DNA from: Vicugna vicugna
Taxonomy: Eukaryota
Direction: 5' to 3'
Length of the DNA stretch: 64,000 nucleotides
Assembly (NCBI GenBank): GCA_013265495.1
Contig: MU057552.1
Span: forward strand, 223,748 to 287,747
The notes under the pieces were generated by a model that was not told where the DNA came from, made no database searches, and saw only the letters and a program-made list of their open reading frames with translations. Below are positions 52,301 through 64,000 of this stretch, piece by piece; the stretch's first letter is position 1; each line of letters opens with the position of its first letter. A program made the translations under genes and the position numbers.

Positions 52301-53677
52301 GCTCCTAAATACTTTCTTTTCTTTTTGGGCCCGAATCATGTGAGTAGTATTAAAGTTCTTCGAGAACAGTGTTTGAGGTTATTCAGTTTTCTCCCCACTG
52401 TAATGCAGGCAGTTTATATGAAGTGAAATGGGAGGAAGAAGAAACAAAGAAACATCTATTTGATGCTACAGTTTCAGAGGAGGATTCCAAGGAGCAATAT
52501 CCCAAATTCAGAAGCCCACTTTTTCCAGTGTTAGTAATATGTGTTGTTACCATGGAGTGTGATTTTATTAATGAGAATTGGAAAAAATAAACATATTTAT
52601 AAGCTACATATTTGAGATGAACCCAGAGCTGATATGGTTTTAATGAACTTGAGCACTTTATCTTCCTGCAAATGGTGACTTGGGTTACCAAGCATGGGAG
52701 ACACTGTTTTACTCGTACCCTCATTGGAATTGAATTCTTAACAGATCACCTAGTTTATAATCTCTTATTTTATAGATAAAGAGATTGACTCCCAAGCATA
52801 TGAAATGACTCCCCCAAATCACACAGGTAGTGATATTTCTGTGACAGAAGAATGCATTCTCTGTTCATAGATTTCTAAGGGGAGAGAATATTCCTTTCTA
52901 AATCTTCAAAGACACATATGGGAAATTAGACATTTTCAATTTTTAATATCATGACTTCACAATCAGTATTTCTCATAACACTCACTTTTTCCCCTGTTTT
53001 ATATTTAATTCTGTAGCTTTTATCTTCCCCTCCAGGTTGTAGTCAGTTTGAGGACCAAACCCAAATCTAAATTACCTTAAAAGATCTGTCCATAAACTCA
53101 TATTCTCATCTGTCTCACACTCATAAGCTCAATAAAAATTCTATCGATGACCAAAGGAAGGAATGCTCTTTCAGCCTTTCCTCCAAGGCTCAGGAAGGAC
53201 AGCTGCCAGCTCAGAATGGAGTGGACAAATAGAGAATAGAGCAGTGTCACAAAGACAGCCTTCTTACTCCTTTTTAGTGTAATTCAATCCATAGTCCTAA
53301 TCAGTCTCTGTCAGGCACATCTCCATCTCATATAACACAGTTGTGCCATTTATTTTCATTTATACAAACTGATCAGATATTTTTCAAATGCAGAGTTTTT
53401 TATAGTCTTTATTTTATTCCTTTGGGAGGTTCCTGTAAAAATTTTTTTTTTAATGGGAATGTGATCTCAGCAATCCTGAGATAGAGGTGTTGCCTAATTG
53501 AATCAGAGTGTTGAGGATGATTGTGCAAAAAGACTCAGTTAAATATGGGGTGGGGATGAGAGTAGGGATTAAATGAGGATAACAGACATTTTAAGTCCCC
53601 CGAATTCCTGAGTCTGGATTAATGTTATGTTTGTTCTGCAAGTCTCCTTGTTAGTTTTCAAAGGAAGGCCACTCAAC

Positions 53678-54244
53678 TGTAGAAGAAAATGAGCAGGGCA
53701 GAAGACAGGTATACTGGCAGTTTACTAGCCATAAAACCCTCTTTAAGAGTAAAGCAAGACCACGGTATTCCCTCCCCATCTTGAGGGTAATGATTTATGA
53801 GATGCGGATGCTCCTGGAGGCCCAGAATCCTTACTTAAACCTCTTAGTTTGATACAACTATAAACTGCCACATGGCCCTGCAGCCTTTCTAGGCATGAAG
53901 GGGCAAAGCCCACAAAGGGACCAACACGACCTCCCATGCAGGGTCATTGCCTTCCTACTTTTGTGCTTCTGTAAAATGGCGTGGTTCTAGGAAAATGAAA
54001 CTTACTCCTAAAATTCCATTGGTTCCCAAAAGCTCACCCCTTAATGGTCCATTTCTAACACCTAATTTGCATATGGTGCAAACTTAATTGAAATCTAAAA
54101 CCCTATAAAAGCCTCTGTAAACCTACAGACAGGGCCCAGAGCTTGGAGTGTTAACTCCTCTGGGCCCATTGGCATAATAAACCTGAGTTCTCCAACACTC
54201 CAAGCATTGTTTGGTCTCTCAATGGGATTCAGGTTTCTGAAACA
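53678..54244 (+). mobile_element. Solo ERV LTR (about 567 bp) with intact promoter anatomy
   Basis: TGTAG...AACA termini. Octamer ATTTGCAT at 54065, TATAAAA at 54104, R-region hairpin GGGCCCAGAG/CTCTGGGCCC at 54132-54167, AATAAA at 54176. Confidence 0.8.
53985..54002 (+). promoter_or_regulatory. Overlapping GAS (TTCTAGGAA) and ISRE (GAAAATGAAACT)
   Basis: TTCTAGGAAAATGAAACT gives exact matches to TTCN3GAA (53985-53993) and GAAANNGAAACT (53991-54002). Confidence 0.5.
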
Positions 54245-55399
54245 AGCACACAGTGTAAGAAAAGATCAAGAGATTTCTGTGTATGAGTTAAACTCTTTGA
54301 TGCTCCACTGAGTCTTCCTTTAGCATCCAAAGCACATCTGTAAATAACAAGTTACTCAGGATATACATGTGAGAAAGCGGAGGCCTGACACAAATACTGT
54401 ACTTCCAAAGTCCCTTGCATGTGGACCTGGACAGTCGTAAGCCTCTCTCCCAACTCTTGAAAACAGACCCCTGCTTTTATAGCCCATGAGAGGTGTGCAG
54501 CAGTGCCCTGCTGTCCACTCTCAGCAGCCCCCTTCCCAACTCCCAAGAGAAGGACAGGTAACTTTTAAAACATAAGCCTATCTGTTAACTTTCTTGAATA
54601 AATTTGCCTTGCCAAAAACTTTTAAAATTAGGTGAAAAGATATCAGTATGAACATTTTAAATTGCAAATATGTGACCAACTTAAAATAGGCAGTGTTCAC
54701 TGCTTTCCAAGAAGAAATGAAATGGCATGTATTTTTTTAGACTGTTAGGTCTGCTAAACCTAAATGTTAGGTTGAAGCACACAGAAGCAACCAAAATGCA
54801 GTATAATTAGTTAACAATTCCAATACCCTCCATGTGTTCAGGTTCCACCCCCTGAGACCCCAAAATGTTCTTTGGTTTGTGAGTGCCAAGATGAATTTCT
54901 TTTGCTCCTGGCTTTCCTAGTCAATAGCTTCACCCTTGAAGGAATATGAAATGGCAGCCAACAACACAAGTAACTGGGTCTGTGTGATTTAAGAATATAA
55001 GCCATGACATATATGATGTTACTCTTAGTTCAGGTAGTGAAGGGGACACAGTTGTCAGTGAGTGTACGGTTGAATTATGGCACTTACACATACTTACCCA
55101 TCTACTACATGTTAGAATTAAATTTATGATTCTTTGAATCTTGTCCTGTTTTTATTCGTTTGGAAAGGTGTTCCAACATGTCCAGCCTAACATGAACATT
55201 CTTACTTTGAGAGTGATTTCATTTTCAATGATTTAGATTTGCTCTTAAGATTTGCTTTTTTAAGACCATTCCCCTCCCCATTGCTATCACACTCTTCTGA
55301 ATCCTCAGATGGAAAAATTGAGCATTAGTTAAAATGAAAACGGCCCTAGTCAATATAACTGGAAAAAGATATTATGTCCTCCAAGGTTTGTTTTTGTCT

Positions 55400-56690
55400 T
55401 TTAGAATTTATTTTTTAGAGCAGTGTTAGGCTTACAGCAAAATTGAGAGTAACTGTATAGTCTCCATGAAAGGGGAACCCTCCTACACTGCTGGTGGGAA
55501 TGCATTTTGGTGCAGCCACTATGGAAAACAGTGTGGAGATTCCTCAAAAGACTAGGAATAGACTTACCATATGACCAAGGAATCCCACTCCTGGGCTTAT
55601 ATCCAGAAGGAACCTTACTTCAGAATGACACCTGCACCTCAATGTTCATAGGAGCACTATTTACAATAGCCAATACATGGAAACAGCCTAAATGTCCATC
55701 AACAGATGACTGGTTAAAGAAGATGTGGTATATTTATACAATGGAATACTACTCAGCCATAAAAACTGACAACATAATGCCATTTGCAGCAACAGGGATG
55801 CTCCTGGAGAATGTCATCCTAAATGAAGTAAGCCAGAAAGAGAAAGAAAAATACCATATGAGATCACTCATATGTGGAAGCCAAAAAACAAAAACAGAAA
55901 CAAAATATCAAAGCATAAATATAAAACATAAAGAGACTCATAGACATAGAATACAAACTTGTGGTTGCCAAGGTAGCAGAGGGTGGGAAGGGATAGACTG
56001 GGATTTCAAAATTATAGAATAGATAAACAAGATTATACTGTATAGCACAGGGAAATATACACAAGAGCTTGTGGTAGCTCACAGAGAAAATAATGTGACA
56101 ATGAATATATATATGTTCAAGTATAACTGAAAAATTGTGCTCTACACTGGAATTTGACACATTTTAAAATGATTATAAACCAATAAAAAATGTTAAAAAA
56201 GTGCACAGTCTCCATATACCCCTGCCCCCAACTCATGTACACCCTTCCCCATTATCAGCATCCCCCACCAGAGAAGTACATTTGATACAATTGATGAACA
56301 TACATTGATGCATCATTCTCATCCACAGACCATAAGTAGTTTACATTAGGGTTCATTTGGTGTTTTGTACATTCTATGATGCATCAACCATTATAGTATC
56401 ATCAGAGTGTGATAATGTACCGTATTATCACTGACCTGAAAATCCTATGCTCCACCAAAATTCACTATTCTCCACCTATACATGTCTCCTTCCCACCTTA
56501 CCCTTGGCAACCACTCATATGTTTACTGTCTTCATAATTTGGCCTTTTCCAAAATGTCATATCATTAAAATCAGTCTGCAGCCTTTTTGTATTGGCTTCT
56601 TACACTTAGCATTATGCATTTAAGTTCCCCCCATGACTTTTTATGGCTTGATAGCTTATTTCTTTTCAGTGTTGAATATTATTCCATTAT
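55400..56690 (-). mobile_element. Old L1MC-like 3' end, split by a younger L1
   Basis: ttttagagcagtgttaggcttacagcaaaattgag...ccatataccc...catcccccaccagag...gttgaatattattccatt. Confidence 0.65.
55468..56200 (+). mobile_element. Young 5'-truncated L1 (about 0.73 kb)
   Basis: ORF 55507-56022 is the ORF2 C-terminus ([12 protein letters not shown]...WKQPKCPS...MEYYSAIK). TSD aactgtatagtctccat (55451-55467) / aagtgcacagtctccat (56199-56215). Confidence 0.93.
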
Positions 56691-56879
56691 CCGTCCAAGT
56701 TTTTTAGACTGTGTGGATATTTTTCTGCAGTGTCTTGAAATTAGTGATATTTTTGTTTTGTTTTCTGGGGTCGAAGGGTGGAAATATTTTATTATGTAGA
56801 AGATTCTTGCTTAAGCCAGTTTTTCAAATTAATAAACAGGGTTTTTTTTTTAATTTAAAAATTCTCTTGATGGTATGGT

Positions 56880-56997
56880 NNNNNNNNNNNNNNNNNNNNN
56901 NNNNNNNNNNNNNNNNNNNNNNNNNNNNNNNNNNNNNNNNNNNNNNNNNNNNNNNNNNNNNNNNNNNNNNNNNNNNNNNNNNNNNNNNNNNNNNNNN
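56880..56997. other. Assembly gap (118 N)
   Basis: N run. Confidence 1.
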
Positions 56998-57052
56998 TTT
57001 GTTTCTAATTTCCAGCATCCATCTAGCATACACTGATATCATCAGGGAAAAT

Positions 57053-57125
57053 GTACACTGAAGATTGAACCCAGGACCTCATACATGCTAAGTATTCACT
57101 CTACCACTGAGCAACCCCCTCCTCC
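57053..57125 (-). mobile_element. Vic-1-like SINE head
   Basis: gattgaacccaggacctcatacatgctaag...ctctaccactgagc is the reverse complement of the SINE at 2810. Confidence 0.75.
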
Positions 57126-58274
57126 AGCAGCATGATTTTCATTGTCTTCTATACAGCATGTTCTTCTCTGCTTTCCTGACTTGGGGAGTACAGGATGCTC
57201 TGCAAACAATTCTGATCTGTGACCACTCCAAAGAAATTTGGGAGGTCCAATTATAGCATACAGTTTATTTAACTAGTTGTAGAATGCATTGTCATTTCTG
57301 TCATGTCTGCTTTCTCATTACTGCCTTTCCTTTTTTTGCTATTGCCCACTTGTATTTTATTTCCCATCTATATTTTATAAATTTGCTGTATACATTTATT
57401 ATGATTTAGTTGTGTTTTCCCCCCTCTGCTGTTTAAAGTAATGTCTTTGGCAGACATACCAACTTATCTTTCCCTTTCTGGACTATTAACATTGATCTTA
57501 AATAAAATTATGCTTAACTCCAATCACTGGATCTGTCTGCTAAGTTCTTATCAGTGCTGTTCATTTAGAAACTGAACAAAGGTTAATAATAAACTCCCTG
57601 TTCTATGATTTCCCCTCATTTAGGATTCCACTCAATTGCAACACAATTTAAATTCACTTCTTCAATGCTGTTGTGAATCTGTGTAAAGGAAATGAATAAA
57701 AATGAGTTGTCAGAGCTTCAACCTTGACCTTTCTTTTTGCCTTTTTGTGCTGTATGCTGTCTTTGATATGGGCCACGTGACTTGGCTTGTCCCTTTCCAG
57801 ACCGTGCATCTCATCTCCTGCTTCTCTGATTTCAGGTTTCCTTGTAATTCTTACTTATCTATTTCATCCTGTGGCCATTTCTAAGGCTCTGTTCCACAGT
57901 GCCTACTCCTCAGTCAGCAGCATCTTTCAGAGACACAGCTTCTGTTTCCTTTCTCTTTCCAGATCCATGCAGGTGACAGATCTATCTCTGTCCACCTATG
58001 ATGGAGACTACATTCTTTACTGTCCAGTAGCATATTCCCTTTGATTGTCTCTTCCGTATACAGAGTTGTGAGCATATTTGAACTTTCCTTCTTTCCTTCT
58101 GTCAAATTCTTGTCAGCAGTTTTACACACACACACACACACACTCTCTTCCCCACCACCAAACTTCTGCATATTATAAGCAGGAGTTCTTCAGGCTTCTG
58201 TCCAACAGTGTGGACTTTGCAGACTGGTGGGCCTGGGTTTGAACCCTACATGATCACTTTGGATGAGTTTCTGG

Positions 58275-58745
58275 ATTAGTTAAAATTAGTTGCCAGTTAC
58301 AGAGACTGCAAAGAACTGTGGCATAAACAAAGTGATGTTTGTTTCTCTTTCACATTAAAAAAAAGTTTCTAGAGAGACAATCCAGAACTGGTATTATGAT
58401 TTCACAAATCTCCTGAGACTTAGGCTGGTTTCACCTTTTAGGTTCACTAAACATCAGACGAGGCCCTCAATCTCATGGTCCTAGATGGAGCTTTATCCAT
58501 CACATGCAGTGTAGAAAGGAGGAAGGAAGGGAAGGAGATAGAGGAAGGCAAGAATCTATGGTCTCTCAAGGAAATTTCCCAGAGGCTGTCATACACTTCC
58601 TGTCACAACTCATTGGCCAGAATTTAGTATTATGACCTCACCTAGCTGGAACAGATACCGGGGAATATTGTCCTTATTCCAGACAATACTCAGCTGAAAT
58701 GTGGGTGGTTCACATCCTTAGAAAGAAAGGGGGAAAGGAGCATTG
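58275..58745 (-). mobile_element. Old MLT1-type LTR
   Basis: gtggcataaacaaa...ctcattggccagaatttagt..tatgacc.cacctagctg motifs. Confidence 0.5.
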
Positions 58746-59074
58746 CAGTAGCCAAATACCGGTTATTCTATACCTCTTTTTTCTTGACTATTATTACTCA
58801 TCTCACAGGAGCCTTAGGATTATTATGAAAGCATCTAATACAGTATCTAGCATAAAACAAGCTTTCGGTTAATGTTAGTTAATATCCCTCCTTATTCCTT
58901 TTTTTGTGAATTTTCTCATTTCCCTGCTACCCCATCATTGGCATCCAAATTGTATTTCAAATACTTGCCCCAGTTGATGGTACTAAGATGTAGTCTTGTA
59001 CCTTTTCATGAGAGGGAGCAACAAACACATTATTATTCAATGTCAGCATTTATTTTTTAGCTTAAAGTGTGGCT

Positions 59075-59810
59075 AAGATTTAAGGCATAGCTCTTGGAAT
59101 CAAATACACCTAGATGTGACTCCTGGCTCTGCCGCTTAGTCAGTGTCTTACCCCAGCCCCTTGCTCCCTCCATTTCCTCATCTGTGACCCAGGGGTAAGA
59201 TTCAGACATGAGGATTAAATTAAAATAATAGAGAGAGAGTACCTGACAAAGTAAGTGGTAGTTTTTCTTATCTTTTTCAATTTGGCCTAATCTGGGTGAA
59301 CCTTTTTAAAAATGAACTCTTATTTCATTAAAAAAAAAGTTTTAAAATTGGTCATCTCCATACATATCCAAATGAGTGTTGTTAAATTGTTAGTCAAACC
59401 TTTTGAAAATTGTCTCCAAAATCAGTTTAAACCCAAATAGCAGCATAGTCTTTCTTCTATATTTTTTTAAAGAAAAAAACAGCATAGCTGAGCCTTAAAG
59501 TTAGTTAGCCTTGATTTGAATGATTTTTGGCAGATCCACTCTTAGAAGCAGAAACAGTTCCACCAATGAGTCTATTTCATAGTATTTTTCCCCCAGTGGC
59601 TAGTTGTTAAGCCCCTACTGTGTGCCAGAAGCTGTGCTAGTTTCTGGGGACATATTGGTAAGCAGAAATGCACATGATTCCTGCTTATGCTGCTGTGGAA
59701 GTTGCAGTTACTGAGGGAGACAGGTGAATCAATCATTGAAAATAAATGAAAAATTGCCATTATTAAAGTTGTTAGGAAGGAGATGTACAGGTGCTGTGAA
59801 AGTATGTGCA
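59075..59810. mobile_element. MIR (59075-59270) and L2 (59590-59810) remnants
   Basis: cctggctctgccgctta...tttcctcatctgtga...tgaggattaaat (MIR); cctactgtgtgccag..gctgtgctag (L2). Confidence 0.45.
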
Positions 59811-62800
59811 AACATCTTATGATCCGAGGTTGAATGGTGACTTTAGGAACAAAAATTGGCCAGTGAGTTGAAGTAAAGAGATGTTATGGGCATATGGTTT
59901 GAAATGAGCTCAGACACAAGGTGAGCCTGCCCTCGGCATGGACCAGAACATGCCACAGTCTCCAGCACCACTCCAAAGTATGCATTTCATGATTTGGGGC
60001 CATCTTTACAATAAGTGACCGTGATATATAACTTCTCAATGTGATACTCTGAAAGGGGCTACATAATTTAGGAATAATCTAATTATTTCATAATTTATTC
60101 ATGCTATAATGATAAATATTAAATTCACATACTTTTTTTTGATACACTAAGCAGAGGCATCTGCGAAAATTGGCTGTAAAGTAGGATCTTTTCAGAGTGT
60201 CAGAGTGTTGATCTGCATTACCCGTAGTGAGAATTTGAATTTGAAGCCATTTGGCTGAATGGGGTGGCATAAGAAACACTGTTGGCAGAAGAATAGGTAG
60301 CCCACAAAGTAGCAGTGGAGGATGACCACAGGATGAGAGGTGTGAGCAGTGTGTTCCAGACAGCAGCAGGACTGTGCTTGGGATGGCCCATCTCAGAGCC
60401 AGCAGACAGCCCCAATGTCCCATCTCTCCAAGGCATTCCAGGTACACATAGACAAGCAGTGGGATACCATTTCTCCTTTTCCTGTCCAGCTGAGCTAATG
60501 GGGCATCCTTTGGGGGAAATGTGGCCTCTCTGGTCTCTTTTAGGGTTTTGGAAGTTGGCTGGGAGGCTCTGCTCCCATGTAACATGTTAGGGAATGACAG
60601 AGCCTCAGGGGCAGAGCTGCCTGCCATTGGACTGTAGGTGGTTTCTTGTTCTGAACTGATAAATTTAAGATGAATTTCATTAATCTAAAGATTTTTAAGT
60701 TCATCTCTCTAGGCAAACCTAAATGAGTTTTAGTTAAATGAGTTACCAAGATAGGCAACTGAGCAAGGACTTGTCTTCCAAAAGCATTTGTGAGTCATGA
60801 TGCAGTTTCTAGAGGCATATTGTTGTGCATGCTGGGCAGGTTCCCAGCCCTCCCCAAGAGTATTTATGCTATGTATTTACCATAAGGGGTCACAAGCCTT
60901 TCACTTTCACCTTCCCAGGAATGCCATTGGAACTAGGAATTTCCCCAGCTCTTCATTTGCTCTGTATTTGGAATTCCTCCCTCAGGGTGCAGCAAACTTG
61001 TTTTGACCTCAGGGACTTCTCAATTGTTGTTCTCTGCCTAGAACATTCTTCCCCTAAGAATCTGAATGACTGCTTCCTTCTCAATGGAAGGTCAGCTCCA
61101 GGGTGACCTCAGGGATACTTTCCCTAATATCTAGATAAAGTACCACTGCCTGTCACCATCATAGTCCTTCACACCTGGGTTCATTGCTTGCTGACTTGTT
61201 CATATTCTGTTCCCCCAACACAGACACAAGAATATAAGTTCTGTGAAAGCATGGTTCTTGTTTATCTGTTCTTAAGCCTGGTAGAGAATAAACTTCCCAA
61301 CCTGCTGCATGTGATAGTAGGCAAAATGTTTACCCCTTTGGACATAAATGGGGATAACATCACCTTTGCTTCCTGCTTCATAGAAAAAGTGAGGACCTGT
61401 AATTAGGGTGCTGAAGATACTTTTTCTCCCTGAAATTTGGGATTAATTTGTTTGATTCCATATATATATATATATTGCAAATATCAATACCATTTACCCA
61501 ATTACATGACCCAAAAATACTTAGAACACATTTTGTGCTTCTCTTTGCTTTGCTTCCCACTAAACTACTCCTTAAGCAATAGTAATCAGTTTGTCCAGAG
61601 GCCATATCCTTAAGGTCCCTCCCTTCAGCACCCTTCCTTCACAGCCTCTTGATTGCCTTGAGTCTTTCCAGGACCACTGCTAATTGTCTTCCAACCAGTA
61701 GTTAAGTTTGTATTCTTTCCCCTCTTCCGCCTCCCAAATTTGTCATCCACACTGCAGGAAAATAATTGTTGTGGAAGGCAAATTCCACACCAATACTGCT
61801 TAGTTTAATAATCATGTAATGACTTGCTTTGCCACAGGATCATGTCCAAATGCCTTGGAAAGCCATGTAAGACAGTCTTCCTCTGTGTGCTTCTGCAACT
61901 CTCCAGCTTCACCTCTTCCCCTCTGTCATTTCTAAATCATCTGTGCACACAACATGGACCCAATGTGCACAGTCATGTGCCATGCACCAACCATCTCAAA
62001 CTGTTTGCAGTGCACAGAGGAAGGTTTCCAGGTGGCTTCACTCCCCTCTATCAGTGGTGTTCACCTTGCCTTGTCAAACACCTGCCCATCTTTTAAGAGT
62101 CAGTTCAAATGTACCTATTCTTAAAGACCATTCTAAACCCTTGCCCACTGCCAACCAGTTTCAAGAGCTCCTCATTTCTTTCTCTGCACTGCCTTGAACC
62201 TTGTAGTACACCTATTATAATACCCATGCCAGAGATTATCTCTGCCTCCTCCTCAGTGCTCCTTCATGGTCAAGTTATTTTATTCATCTCCTGGGCTTCC
62301 TGGGCCAGGCATTATACTTGGCATGTAAATCAATATCTGGAAAAGAATGAAGCAACCAAACTCAGTGTACTTATTATCTAGTAGAGAGCTTCAATCAATA
62401 AAATAGTTTTGACTGATATTTGAAAAATTGAAAGATCTCCTTGAAAGTTAGAGGTAGGAAGAAGGGATATTGTATTTATGCTGTTAAAAGATATCAGTTG
62501 AATGGCCAAAATATTTTGTCAATGAGCTAGTGTTAAGTGAACAATTACTGTGTTCAGAGCTCTGGATTTGGTCATTTGCAGGGGATGCTTGAAATAGCTT
62601 TTGGACATTTCTGAAATGATTCTGGCTTTATCATCTCACTGGGTCAAAATGTTAAATGGTCGTCACAGGTTCTCAGCTTCCAGGCAGTTTAGAACAAAGT
62701 GCCTGAATGTTTTTTCATCCACTACCCTCTAAAAGGATTTTGAAACACTGTGTCCTTTCCTCATCCATTTAAAAAGATAATATCTAAAAATTTTATCTTG

Positions 62801-64000
62801 ACTTTAAATCATTACAAAAGATGATGCTTCTGACTTTATAAATATTGATTTATGAAAACCACTCTTTTTAATGTACACAATGGAAGCTAAATTAAATACC
62901 AGAGTGATTTTGTATCTACTGTGTCATCCATATTAAAAAAAAAACCACATTATAAACAAGCTCTTCTTGAAAAGCCAATAATTTTACATAGTTGTTTCCC
63001 TTGTGGAACTCATTTCATTCCTCTTCTCCTATAAAACTTAATCCCCATATAACATTCTTATGTTTGATATATTTTATTGATTACAAGTGCATTCTTAGCT
63101 CACTCTCATCCATGTACACCCACCACTTTGCTCAGGATGCCTGCTGGACATTGGTTAAACATCAATTTCACCTTTTCTGTCTCTTACTTCAAGAGACAGA
63201 AAAGGTCTTCACAAAATTGGGAAGGAGGAAAAAGAAAAGTAGAAAAGGAAATCAGTGCAGGATCTGACTTTTGGTGAAGGAGCCAAAAAGGGGAAAACAC
63301 TCTTTTACTGGGGCACACACAGAGAGATAAGTTGGGATTGAAGGAGATTCAATGATGGTGAGAGAAGTGCACAGCATATGCTTGGCTGACAGAACTGAAA
63401 GAAACCAGCACAAAATATCCCTGAAATCAATCCCCAGACCTTGACTTGAGCTGCTGATGCTGAGCTAGGAAGGTCTGCTGAAGCTGAGGGAGAGGGCTGA
63501 GGCTGATGGCACAGACTGAGTCTCATGGGGTTGGAGTGTGCTGTTTTCTGCGATTGGTAGTGTCTACAGAACAGAACTGCCTGGGACCTGAATTCAAAAA
63601 GCAAAATTGCTGATGAACATGGTGTGGATTACCTAGATATCTCATAGACATATTCACTATCTCTGCAGGTCCAGGGCCAAATTTGGCATTTTTGCAATAG
63701 AAGAGAAGCAGGGCTCTATCAGAACCATCATAGTTTTGGTCTGAAGGACCCAGGGGAAGTTCGGGTTGAAATCAGAAACCATGGCCAAAGAATCTGCACA
63801 TTTCATAGGCACAACTGTGATTTTTATTTGGTTCAAGGAAGAGGGTGTGGATATGCTCTGTGGTTGTCTTGGTGGTCCCATGCCACAAGGAAAAGAGAGC
63901 CAATAGCAGAGATCTGGGTGCACAGAAGGGGAAGTTGAAGCCTTTCCATCAGCTTTTTCTACCACATGCAAATGTGACAATAGGGATGGCGCTGACCTGG

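Noticed and set aside
57690..58122. Purine-rich minus-strand stretch resembling a decayed processed pseudogene
   Set aside because: All frames are interrupted, I cannot identify a parent gene, and there is no clear poly(A) tail or TSD. BLASTX would settle it.
60088..60627. 179-aa minus-strand ORF
   Set aside because: No recognisable domain, splice context or retrocopy hallmarks. It cannot be supported without a homology search.
1..64000. CRISPR array, operon or prokaryotic defence system
   Set aside because: Spliceosomal introns, LINE/SINE/LTR content and CpG depletion mark this as mammalian DNA. The tandem repeats are two-copy duplications without spacers.

Overview
Mammalian genomic DNA, probably from a camelid: it carries tRNA-Ala-derived Vic-1-like SINEs and one lineage-specific L1 family. 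There is no prokaryotic content. The only host gene I can support is a + strand guanylate-binding protein gene of the GBP6 type, with 10 coding exons at 21913-35245. It looks pseudogenised, and the damage is confined to the first two coding exons: nonsense codon 29, P-loop R48H, a +1 frameshift and a dead GT>AT splice donor. The other eight exons (523 codons) form an intact, correctly spliceable ORF, which includes a U12-type minor intron. The intron just upstream of the intact part holds an antisense L1 that has its 5' end and ORF1 but lacks ORF2 (HAL1-like, possibly spliced). The rest of the window is mostly transposon-derived (L1, L2, MIR, SINE, LTR, hAT), with three assembly gaps and several local duplications. 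Candidate interferon-responsive motifs include a GAS+ISRE composite in a solo LTR. I found no convincing wholly new biological system. The best leads are the asymmetric GBP decay, the ORF1-only L1 and the LTR-borne interferon element. Repeat-family names come from recall of consensus sequences, not from a search.
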